Assembly: GCA_050084985.1 (NCBI GenBank)
Contig: JBITNC010000001.1
Span: 98,270,001 to 98,334,000, forward strand
Source of the DNA: Nageia nagi
Taxonomy: Eukaryota > Plantae > Pinophyta
DNA length: 64,000 nt
Direction: 5' to 3'
The notes below the pieces were generated by a model. That model made no database searches. It saw only the letters and a program-made list of their open reading frames with translations, and was not told the origin of the DNA. Each line of letters begins with the position of its first letter. Position 1 is the first letter of the stretch. Shown in pieces: positions 37,970 to 49,299 of this stretch. A program made the translations under genes and the position numbers.

Positions 37970-40900
37970 TATTGTGCCTTACACAACTTGCCCCAAAATC
38001 TTGCAATTTTGGGGACCCTTCTAACTCATGTCCGTGTAACACCACGTTTTGTCTTGTGTCGTCCTGACTCCATCCAAATGGGAATCATGTTTATATCCCA
38101 TCACCTATGTGTGCTAAATCGCCTGGTCTTAGTCATGTTAGAATGAAAGCCAAAATCCTCCAAAAAATGGCTAAGTCTGGAAAGTCATGTCAAGTTTAGG
38201 TGAATTAGGGAAACCCATGTTGAGTCGAAAATGAGTCTAGTGAGTTTGGGCCAATCCTAGGCCCAGTCATGCCTCACAAGGACAAAGCTTTGTCTTTTTG
38301 AGATGTGCGCTCGGACCTAGAGTCATCCAAGTCAAAATCTGAACTTGGAAAGGCAAACTAGGCCACTTTTAGGCCCAGTGTGTGCTTCAAAAAGATAAAG
38401 TTTTGTCTTTCTAGGACATGCACTTGGGTTTAGGAGGTGCGCGAAGTGGAATGAAAGGTGAAGAAGGCAATAGGAGACATCTCAAACTTGGCGCATGCCT
38501 TCAAAAAGACAAAATCTTATCTTTTGGGAGCATGCGTCTGAGCTAGGAAGCTACCAGGATGAGTTTGAAGGTTGGAAAAGTGGAACATACCCACCCAGGA
38601 GGTGGCACATGCCTCAGAAAGACAAAATCTTATCTTTTGGGAGCATGCGCCAAGGGCATCCAATTTGAACGAAAGGCAAAATTTGGCCAAGGCATGGAGC
38701 TTTGAAGCCCAAATCCAGCTTCAATATGATCAGAAGGGGCTGGTGCATGGTTCAAAAAGACAAATTTTGGACTTTTAGGAGCATGCACCAAGCTTGGGGA
38801 GACAACAAAACAGGAAGAACATGAAAATTTGGTTAAGTCTTGAGAGCAGAAAGCCAAAACACAACCAATTTGGGCATTTGCAACCCAATGCATACCCCAA
38901 AAAGATAAAATATTGACTTTCTGGATCATGCGCCTAAGCTGGAGGAGCCGGAGAGTTGAGCACATGTTTCGAAAGGATAAAATCTCTGTTTTGAAATCAT
39001 GCACCAAGCTTGGGGGAGTTTTAGTTGAGTTCGTTGGACATATTTGGCTATGGCACAATCCCCACAAACTAACATCCAACTCAAGCATGACCCAAGGAAT
39101 TAGTAGCACCGTTTCAAAAGAAAAAATTTGTCTTTCTGTAGCATGCTCCTAGCTTAGGAGAGAGTTGAGAGCACCATTTCAAAAGATAAAATCTTTTTTT
39201 TTGTAGCATGCTCCTAGCTTAGGAGAGAGTTGGGAGCACCATTTCAAAAGATAAAATCTTGTCTTTCTGTAGCATGCTCCTAGCTTAGGAGAAAGTTAGG
39301 AGCATTGTTTCAAAAGAAAAAATCTTATCTTTTTGTAGCATGCTCCAAGCTCAGGAAAGAGTTGGGAGCATCGTTTCAAAAGATACAATCTTGTCTTTCT
39401 GTAGCATGCTCCTAGTTCAGGAGAAAGTTGGGAGCATCGTTTCAAAAGACAAAATCTTGTCTTTTGGTAGCATACTCCTAGCTAAGGAGAGAGTTGGGAG
39501 CACCATTTCAAAAGACAATCTTATCTTTCTATAGCATGCTCCTAGCTTAGGAAAGAGTTGGGAGCACCATTTCAAAAGATAAAATCTTATCCTTTTGTAG
39601 ATGCTCTCTAACCCAACAAGACACCAATTCCAGGCAAATGTGAAAATTTGGCCAAGTCCCACTTGCTAAAGCTCTGAGATAAGACAAACCAGGCAAGAGC
39701 AACCTAGCGCATGACTCAAAAAGACAAAATCTTGTCTTTCTAGAGCATGTGCTCAAGCTGACACGATTGGAGAATTAAGGGCACTGTTTCAAAAGACAAA
39801 TCTTAACTTTCTTTGGCACATTCCAGGTTTCAGGGCATACGCCCAAGATGGCCAGATTTCAAAGATAGTCCCAGATCATGCCAATGATACATGCAATCTA
39901 CTAGATTTTCCTTACAGATGCCCAAAAGTTGAAAAGGCCAAGTCCAGTGTTGTAGAGGCCAAAGAGATGCATGAGCCTAAGAGTACCAAAAGAGCACAAC
40001 GGCATGTTGTTGCAATTGCAACAATTTTATTTTGTTTGTTGCAAGTTTACTTTAAATTTTGATTCCAAAGACTTATTAATTCTGTATAGCCTTGTGACGA
40101 ATGAAGATTTGCTTCTACAAGTGCTGGAATGAATTTTGTAATGCCATGTGGCATATTTTTATTGGACTGATTTTTATTTTTCTTGAAACTCTGATTAGGG
40201 TTAGGGCAACATTGTGGTTGCTCCAAAAACTATTTATACCCCATTTTAATTCATTTGTAAAGGGGGATTGACATTTTAACAATTGAAGGAACTTTTGCTA
40301 ACAACACAATTTTTTTCTAAATTTGTTAAATGTGGTGTATGTGAATGCAATTATGTTTATATGCCCTCATGTCGTAATGCCAAACTTGAATGAATGATTA
40401 CAATGTTGTCTAGTTTGTTCTATCACTACTTGGTGTTGATTTTTAATCACTTAGTGCATCTTGTAAATTCCAGTGGGGGTGGACAAGAGAATGCTTAGAG
40501 ATTTTAAAGAAGTGGTTGATTAGCATCTTGTTTGTGATATTTTGTCATTTGCAAGCTTGGGCTTGGATACCTCAAGATGTCTTGTTGATGTCACTCACAG
40601 TAGGAACTTTACTCGTATCGTTGAGTGTTACCTTCATCCCATCCTATTCCATCCTTGCCACAACTTCATTCTCCTTGCACTAGACCATTCTGTTGTTGTT
40701 TAGTGGAATGGATTTAGGGTGTGTGGAACCTAATTGAGACCCAACAAGTTGAACTTTTGAGGACCTTATCCTAAGCCCATGAGTACGCATGTCTATAGTT
40801 GCATCTCACTACCCACTATCTTTTCACAATTTTTCTTTATTTTATTTTACACTTGTTTTCATGATTTTCGCACCCCTATTTCCCTTTAAACATTTTCCAA

Positions 40901-41127
40901 AAATAACTTTGTCTAGCCATGGAGACAATGAGTCCTTGAATCCACACATGATATTCATGTTGGTAGGCAACTTTAAACATCTCAGCCATTCTCTGAGTTA
41001 TTTTTGCCCAAGTCATGAAGCTAACCTTTGGGGTAATCAGTCTTCATAACAAGAGGGAGTAACGTCCCTTCACCTGAGGTGTTATAGTATTTCTCACTAC
41101 TCTAGTAGGAAAGAAAAACCACCAACA
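37970..41127 (+). mobile_element. Giant solo LTR (3158 bp)
   Basis: It starts T(A)TTGTG, with TG mutated, and ends CCAACA. Flanks are GGTCC (37965-37969) and GTTCC (41128-41132). Removing it restores the flanking repeat unit (catattag|ttccaatataaaaaaac, compare 41532-41556). No coding motifs. A TATA-like ctatttata at about 40230 is followed by a GT-rich U5-like region. Confidence 0.82.
39105..39607. repeat. 66-bp tandem repeat, 8 copies, inside the solo LTR
   Basis: agcaccatttcaaaagataaaatcttgtctttctgtagcatgctcctagcttaggagagagttggg starts at 39105, 39170, 39235, 39301, 39367, 39433, 39499 and 39563. Confidence 0.95.
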
Positions 41128-41748
41128 GTTCCAATATAAAAAAACTCTTCCAATACAAAATATGTTTTTAGGTGTGCCTTCTATAACTAAATTTTTTAAA
41201 ATGTATAGTTAAACCAATCCAAACTCCAAATTATGAATCCAAATGTTATTTTTAATTCATTATAGCTCAAAAAGCATAAGTTAACAAACACCTAAGTTTT
41301 GCAACTAAGATTGTGAAAATGTATGGCCATCAAGGTAAGGTCTTTGACAAGAATAAACAAAATATAGTTAAATCAATACAAACTATAAATTATGGATAAC
41401 GATTTATTATATTATTTTTATATTAGAATTATAATATAAGGAAATAGAACATGAAAAAAATATAGTGTGATAATAATACATTTATCAATTTAGGATCACT
41501 TTGAGATCAGATGATACAATAAAAGTGAAGTATATTAGTTTCAATATAAAAAAACCTTCCAGTACAAAATACATTTTTAGGTTTGAGTTCTGCAACTAAG
41601 ATTTTCAAAATGTATAATTAAACTAATTTAATCTACAAATTATGGATCCAAATGTTGTTGTTTATTTATTATAGCTTATAAAGTGTAAGTTGACAAACAT
41701 CAAAGTGATATGTCTAATTTATTTTATTTTGTTGATGGTTGTAGTAGT

Positions 41749-42599
41749 TGTAGAACCTAAAAATGACCCTCGTTCGAAAGTCGATCAGAAAGGGATTAAA
41801 AAAATTAGCACAAATTATAGAAAATCATAATCTTCGACTTCAATACCCACTCGCCAACGATTCTGTACTTAGCAAAGCTAAAACAAGTTACAAGCTCATG
41901 CTCATCCATAGTTCAAAATAGGGATGATACACATCTTGAATGCTAATCCTCAATTTGAAAGCGACAACTAAAGCCATTTAGGATTCTGGATTTGCTTTGA
42001 ACCCAAATTTTGAGGTCTAAAATTGACAAATCAAACAAACTCAAGGATCTATAAATACAACCTCATACCTTGAGCAAAGTGACCCCTTTTCGAAGTAAAC
42101 TTATGTGTCAGAATCTTTCCAGGACTTGTTATGAGATTGCTTCATTTTATGAATGTTATGTCCTATTTAGTGCATATTGAATATTTTGTGTGAACATGTA
42201 TGTTTGATGTATTGTTTTGGCGTGTGTGCAAGGTCCATAGGTGCTGAAGCTTCAAGCCACCGAAATACATCGAACCAGGAGCCATCTAAATTCCATAAGA
42301 GAGCTTACACAGAAGAGAGATAAAAATCCTTCCATACAACTTAAGTGCAGAAATGCCAACGATTCACATCGGATGCTAGCGATTGAAGGGAAATGCCAAC
42401 AACTCATCTTGATTTCAAGCAACTCTGTAAAGCCCAAGGAGGCTAAAAACCTAGCTTGTATGAAAAGCCCTTCCTAACAAGGCATCAAATCTAGGGATCC
42501 ACATTGTAAAATTGAGGTTACCTCAAAAAGTAATAAAATATACATTGGATTAAATGTGTGTTTATCTTGTTTGCTAACAAGTTACTTTTTGGGATAACA
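41749..42599 (+). repeat. 5' LTR (851 bp)
   Basis: tgtagaacctaaaaatgaccctcg...gggataaca. TATA box ctataaata at about 42049. Confidence 0.93.
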
Positions 42600-42602
42600 T
42601 TT

Positions 42603-42616
42603 TGGTGCTAGGAGGG
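42603..42616 (+). promoter_or_regulatory. Primer-binding site, probably degenerate tRNA-Asn type
   Basis: tggtgctaggaggg lies 3 nt after the LTR. It resembles TGGCGCTAGAAGGAGGG, which I recall as the complement of the plant tRNA-Asn 3' end, with one C>T and a 3-nt deletion. Confidence 0.55.
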
Positions 42617-44419
42617 TCTCGCATACAACGACATCACATACTATACACGGGGTTTCTTCTCGTTATTATAGTCTAGTGTCTCTTCGTATCTTGTGGTTTC
42701 CAACATTCTGATCTTATTTTCATGTTTTGTGTTTTTAAAGGTCATTAACAGAGTTGCCAACGATTCAACCTTGAATGTCAGCGATCATACTTGAAATGTT
42801 AGCAATTCACATGGAATGTAGGTGATTCAGATACATAGGTGAATTCCCAACTTGTGTCAATACAACAAGCACAATGTAGGTACCTAAACTGAAAGATGGG
42901 AACGAACCTCTTGTTTGTGATCTGTCTGCTCAAAGTGCATGTAGTGATGGGTAGAATAAAATGTAGGAATGCATTTAGTTTAAGCTTATTTTTGAAGGTC
43001 TAACTCATCTTATTTTACTTGTTTGTTGGGTTGGGATCATTGTATCACATTTAAGACTTCTCTTATCCTATCTACTTATGCTCTCCCTTTGTGCTTTTAT
43101 GCGATCTTAGGTGACCAAAATGGGTTTGATAGGGAAGAGGTAAATGAACTTTCACTTTCACACTACTACTAAGTTGGCTAATGAATTGACATTAAGATAC
43201 TTCCATACTTAGGAGGGGTTATGAACTCTCATTAAAATGAAAATGAACCTAAGGACAAAGAATCAGTTGAAGTTAGCATAGCACATTAAATTGTTAATGA
43301 ATTTGGTGGGCACGTTTACATAAAATACTTTTATTAAACTAAGTATGCTCTTACTTTTGCAGCCTATGGTGATTTGAAGTGATCAAAAAAGTTTAATAAT
43401 GAGGGGTAAATGAACTCTCACATGGTTTTAATACTTATCTCACAATAATACTCTTACTTGCCTGCCCTTACTACGTTGAGAGGTGGTTGAAGGTTGATGT
43501 GACTCAAAGAGGGGTAAATGAATCATATTTAAGGCAATTTACATTCACTTAAAAGGCTTCCTACATGTTTGCCCTTAACACTCCGAGAGGAGGTCGAAGG
43601 TTGATGTGACTAGTAAGAAGAAGAAATATATCTCACTAAGTACTTCCACAGCTAGAAGAATCTAATAAATCTAATTTAATCTTGGTGAATGAATATCACT
43701 TAATTTGGTAATGAATCTTGTGGGTACTTAGATCAAGATTCATTAAAGTAAAACATTGTTTTTAATCACATAAACATAAACTTAATCAATAAACATGTAT
43801 GTTGGGAAGGGTTAAGTTTGCATATCATATGTATTTTTGTTTATTAAATGCATAGTCATGTGTCCTTTTAAAATGAACATCAATGAGTTAGATGTAATTA
43901 CCGATCATTGATTCTTATATTCTCAAGTTTCCACTGATCAAAATCATAAGCTTTAGAGCCAAAATCCAGAGATGAATACCAGGGTCATAGGGTAGAAGTC
44001 GTAACTATGCGTTGGACAACTATAAAAAAGGGACTACCCTTAGATTTAATCATCAAAGTAGATCTCAACGATATTCCCCGAGCCCCATTGCACTAAGGGG
44101 ACCACTTTAAGTACCAAGCCATGACTTCACCTTAGACATCCTTTTAGGATTACCAGGCTACCTTGTTAAACACATGACTAGAGCACAAAGTTAGGAAAAT
44201 TAAGCAAAATTAAAAATAAATTATTCATCATACACTTAAGCAATATTAATCAAATTTATTCAAATCCTTAACAAAGATAAACACATCGAAAAGTGAAAGT
44301 TCATGTAGGGTGTTTGTGCATCTTTTATTTTCCTGTATAATCTAAACATAAAAAATGAAAAATATAGTTACTGTGTGTTATTTGTATTTATTAAGTATAA
44401 TTTAAAGTAAAATGAAACA

Positions 44420-47400
44420 ATGGTTCAAATGCGTTCGCAAAAGGCTAAACAAGAATAAGTACCTCAACGTATGTTCGATCCAGGTGAAGGAAGTATTGTT
44501 GGACCTAGAAGGATTCCTTCACAAATGCAAACACCTTGAGAACAAATGCTTGAACCTTTACTACGGGAAATTTATCTCAAAGATTTGGTCCAACCTATAG
44601 TAGAAGAACCTTGTGAGGAGTTGGATACCTATAAAAGCCTAGAGAATCCGCAATCTACGTGCAAACTTAACAAATCTAAAGAAAGAACATGATTATGTGT
44701 TGATAGAGGCTAGAGAACGCTTAAAGTAGTCAAGAATGCCTCCATCCTCTCCTTATGTACATAGTGTCTCTCTATATATAACACATTATAAGTTGGACGA
44801 ACTACCCTTAGACACATCATTAACATCGAGAAACTTGAATAAGTCGGATGAACTAGAGTTTCCTTCGAGTATGCATATAGTTGATCCTATATTACAACAA
44901 GGGCCTTTTAGGCCTAAGTTTACTCATGTCAAAAAGTAAATCCTGATGGGTCATTAGTTCTTACGTATGTAAGAAGAGTAGATTATTCATCTTCCACCAT
45001 ATCTAGAGAAATGAAATAAGATTATGATAAGATTTCTACACATTCAGGAAGTCTTGTGTCACAAAATTTACATGGATTCAATGTAAGCTACAACCCTTAT
45101 CAATTACTAAATCCAAGGGAAATACCTTCTATGAAAAGAGATGAACCATCGACTTAACAACAATTACAAATCATAAGAATTGAGAATCTACCTTAACAAA
45201 GACCATCTGAGTCAAGTAGATCACAACACTGGTTACAAGGAATTCCTCCATATATGCACAAAAATGTTGAAGCATCTCCAAAAGATGCACACTTATCAAG
45301 GGAAGATTGCTAGTGCAATTTACAAGAGTACGATCAAACCTTAGCTCAAGCTCATAAAACAAAGGAATTGAGAAGGTTCACTGAACAATATCAAACTCCA
45401 ACTCAAGATATGTGGAATCCACAATCTTTTGCATAGGTTTTAAATGTCCAACCCCAAGTGGAAACTCAAGTCATACCTCAAGAGTAGTAGACTTTAGGTA
45501 TTCCATCTCAACAAATACAACCTCAAGTCATATCTCAAGTGTTATACACTTTAGGTATGCCTCAACAAGTTTAAACCCTGGTAAGACCTCAAGCACAACA
45601 ACAAAATGTATTATGGATATTGAAAAAAAAGGTAAGTAAGCTATATATCAAGGTCAAACTAGTATGAGTCAAAACGTAAGTAAACCAATTCAAACTAGAA
45701 CAAGGTCAGGGCCACCATCCCCTAGGGTCAAAGTACATTCCCCTAGACCTTGATCACTATCATTTTAGGGATGAGTGCATCAAGATCCATATCATGCTAG
45801 AAAACAAGAAGTTATATTAAAGAATAGGAAAGATCAAGGTCAAATAATTACTCCTCGATTGCAAGGTAGATAACAAAAATATCATATGCCTCATCAACAA
45901 CGTCCTCCTAGAATTCCTCAGCAGCCTCAACCATAGGTTAGGCCACTAGAATATCAAGTTACTTATCAACATCCTTTACCACTGGTCAGCCACAAGAATA
46001 TCAAGTTCCTTATCTACCACAAATTCTCGAAGTCCCTCAACAAACACAACAAGAAATGGTACCTTATGATGAAGGATATTATGAGCAACAATACGAACCT
46101 TTGCAAGGATATCAAGAAGAAAGTAATCCTGAAGATGAAGATTACATTTAGGAAGAGACCCAACCATTAGCAAGAATAACCAAAGAAGATAGTGATCTTG
46201 TGAAATGATTAAAAGAAATAGAAGAAAAGATCCTTATGCAAGATAAGAAGAAGTCATCGTATGAAACAATTTGCAACAAGCCAATACATCCTAGTGTTCC
46301 TAAGAAGGACATTCCTTATAAGTTTGAAATACCCAAGATTGAACCTTTTAAAGAAAAAGAGGATCCCAAAAAACATCTAGAAGGTTTAAGTATTCAAGCT
46401 ATTTGATCACTAATGACAATGTATTAATGCTACATGTTTTTCTCATGATGCTTGTTGGACAAGCCATGGATTGGTACAACAACTTGCTTGAATATAACAT
46501 TAAATCATATTCTCAGTTAGCAAATCTTATTTTACAACACTTTAGGATTAATGTTAAGGATAAAACATCTATCACTGATCTTACAAGATTACAACAATTC
46601 CCATATGAATCCATTAGTGATTTTGTTTCACGATGGAGAGTTGTGTCAACAAGTATGCCTTACACTATGCCTCAAGAAGAATCGATCAAATTATTTAGTC
46701 AAAGTTGTTTGATACCAATTGCTAGTATGTTAATTATCCAACAACATAAGACCTTTGAAGATGCTATTTCTTAAGCAGTTGTTATTGAAAAAGTAAAAAT
46801 TTAAGATGGAGAAATAAAAGGTAATAAACACGAAGGTTATACAAAACGCAAAACTCAAATGGATAAGCAATTACTAGCAAATAAGGTCTCCATTACAAAA
46901 TCGAATGAACCAACACAAACACAAAATAATCAAAGGGAAAATAGACCAAGAAGGAACTATACACCCCTATCCGAATCCCCTTTTGATATTTTGAGAAAAT
47001 TGTGTGACCATCAGGTGATCACATTGCCTGACATAAGGCAAGATAATACTATAAATAAAGAAAGCAAATGGTACAAGGAAGAAGAGTTTTTTCATTTCCA
47101 TCATCAGAAGGGTCATGATACAAACAAATGTCAAACTTTAAAGAACATAATTCAAGACTTGATAGACAATGGAAAGCTGAAAGTAGATAATCCTGTTACA
47201 ACTCGTAATCAAAATTTAGGAATTTACCAAAATCCACTTCCTCAACATCCAACTAATGTTATTTCTTTACATTCAAAGGAAAAACAAGTAAAATACAAAT
47301 GGAGTCAAGATGATGCAAACTTTGTAGGCATGATAAGTGTAACTACTAGAGCTCAAAAGATCCAAGGAGAGCAAAATGGGTCAAACAATCAATAAGATAA

Positions 47401-48100
47401 GTTCATGTGCAAGCACACATACCAAGACCCCAACCACCTAAAGTGTTTGTAAAAGGTGCTTTGCAACAACTAAAAAACTCACAACTAAAGTTATCCTTGT
47501 TTGATTTGTTACAATAATCCAAGGATCATAGAGATGCCATGAATCAGTTGTTGCAAACGATTGAGTTGGATATTAATGATCCTGAAAGTTTTGCAACTTT
47601 TGTGGGAAATGTTAAATTAAGCCAAAAGCCTGTAATAACCTTTTATGATCATGAAATAAAAGATTCTAATGGGACACAAAATTTAGATCCACCCTTGCAT
47701 ATTATAGCTAAGGTTGATGGAAAAACATTTAAAAGAATTTTAGTTGATGGAGGATCAACTATAAACATTATTTCCACAACTGCATACAAGAATTTGAATC
47801 TCTATTTTTCCCATATTTGTGCACCTTCTCTACAACTTAAAGCATTCAACGATGCTTTATGTTAAATGGTGGGATCAATTTTGTTACCTGTCACCATAGG
47901 AATGAAAGCTGTGCAAACATTACTATAAGTAATTGAAGGGGATATTACAAAATACAATATTCTCTTAAGGAGACCATGGATTAAAGATATGCAGTGTGTT
48001 CCATCTACATATCATAATTGTTTGAAATTTATTCATAAAGGGGTACTACACTGTGTCCTTGGAGATGAGAATCCATATTCACATTGTAATACTACTCATT
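44420..48100 (+). pseudogene. gag: gag plus aspartic protease, disrupted
   Basis: Start MVQMRSQ at 44420. KFEIPKIEPFKEKEDPKKHL; LVGQAMDWYNNL..IKSYSQLANLILQHF; LQQFPYESISDFVSRWR; knuckle FHHQKGHDTNKCQTLKNIIQDLIDNG; protease RILVDGGSTINII and YNILLRRPWI. Confidence 0.9.
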
Positions 48101-49299
48101 TGCCTAATGATCTAGCCTTACCATCTACACACTTTTTTACAACAACCATATCAAAAAGTGAATCCTTGATGACCAATTCTTATAAAAATGGAAATATTTC
48201 TAATGTGTCAAAAGATAAGCAAATTATAAACCAACGTAAGCCATGTAATCATAGTCAAGAAGAGAATATTGGTTTACAATCAAAGTTAACAGTAACATCA
48301 CAAGAAAAGAAATCTTGGGAAGAAAGAGCTAAAAAGTTAGATGAAATGAATGAAGCTTCTTCTTCAAAAAGTTCATCTCAAGTAAATGTATCATCTCAGG
48401 ATGCTGAGATTAATGAAAATAAATCATTAGAGATTTATCTAGTAACGATACAATTATTTGACTTAGGCATAGGAGAATATGATATCAATGATGTCATATT
48501 CGATATTCCTTCTACTCAAGATATGGGATGACCTAGTCAATCTCCTTGTGTGGTAGGACAATTAGTACCATTAGGGAGAGAACCTAATCAAACAGTGTTT
48601 GTATATGCGGGAGCCGAGGAGCCTAAATCAATTCCTTTACCTGAACCCAATGAAGGTGTATTTTGTATTACATTGGATTATCTTTCTCCTTTTGTGCTGT
48701 ATTTTGTTCAAAAATATTTCTGTAGATGTTAATGGAAAGGGTATGGCCTTATACGTTATGAACAAGGACCTAGGTACGTCATATTGACATTTATTATCAA
48801 CTACCAACAAATAAAATAGGACTAGGATACAAAGAAAAGAACAAGAATCAATCTTTAATGGAAATAGTTGATCTAGAACTAGAAACCCTTGATTATGAAG
48901 AATAAGTGCAAGATTATGAATGTGGATCTAGCTAGAGTGAAACACAATCAAAAGTGATAATCCCTGAATACCTATATTCTAATATCATCTCAATCAACAT
49001 GGTGCAAATTGATGAAATCTCTAATAATCAAGGAAATAAAATTACTTTAGAATGGTCTAGAAATGAGGAACTATTCACAATTAATGAAGACACTATAGAT
49101 TTTTCATTCATTTCTAAGAACCCTACCATACAAGAATTCAAAGATATAAATATTATATCTTAAATGTTGGAACCAACTATGAATACAACTTTAATTGAGA
49201 AAAATATCGATGAAGATGAAGAATATAATGTGAATGACAAGCATTGTATCCCTATGCCTAATCAGTTAGAAGATGGATCCCATATGCTGGTAGAGGAAA

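Larger units (their letters stand above)
37730..41705. repeat. Local AT-rich tandem repeat of about 410 bp, split by the solo-LTR insertion
   Basis: tgcaactaagat...aaaatgtatggccatcaagg, tatattagaattataat and tcactttgagatcaga occur at 37760-37965 and again at 41300-41538. The sequence tt.caatataaaaaaac recurs at 41129 and 41539. Confidence 0.75.

Noticed and set aside
38572-39756. Several ORFs of 64-159 aa on both strands
   Set aside because: They are by-products of the 66-bp and palindromic repeats in the solo LTR and have no protein motifs.
38270-39815. CRISPR-like look of palindromic repeats with variable spacers
   Set aside because: The repeats are degenerate, the spacers are irregular or mutually homologous, there are no cas genes, and the array lies inside a eukaryotic LTR.
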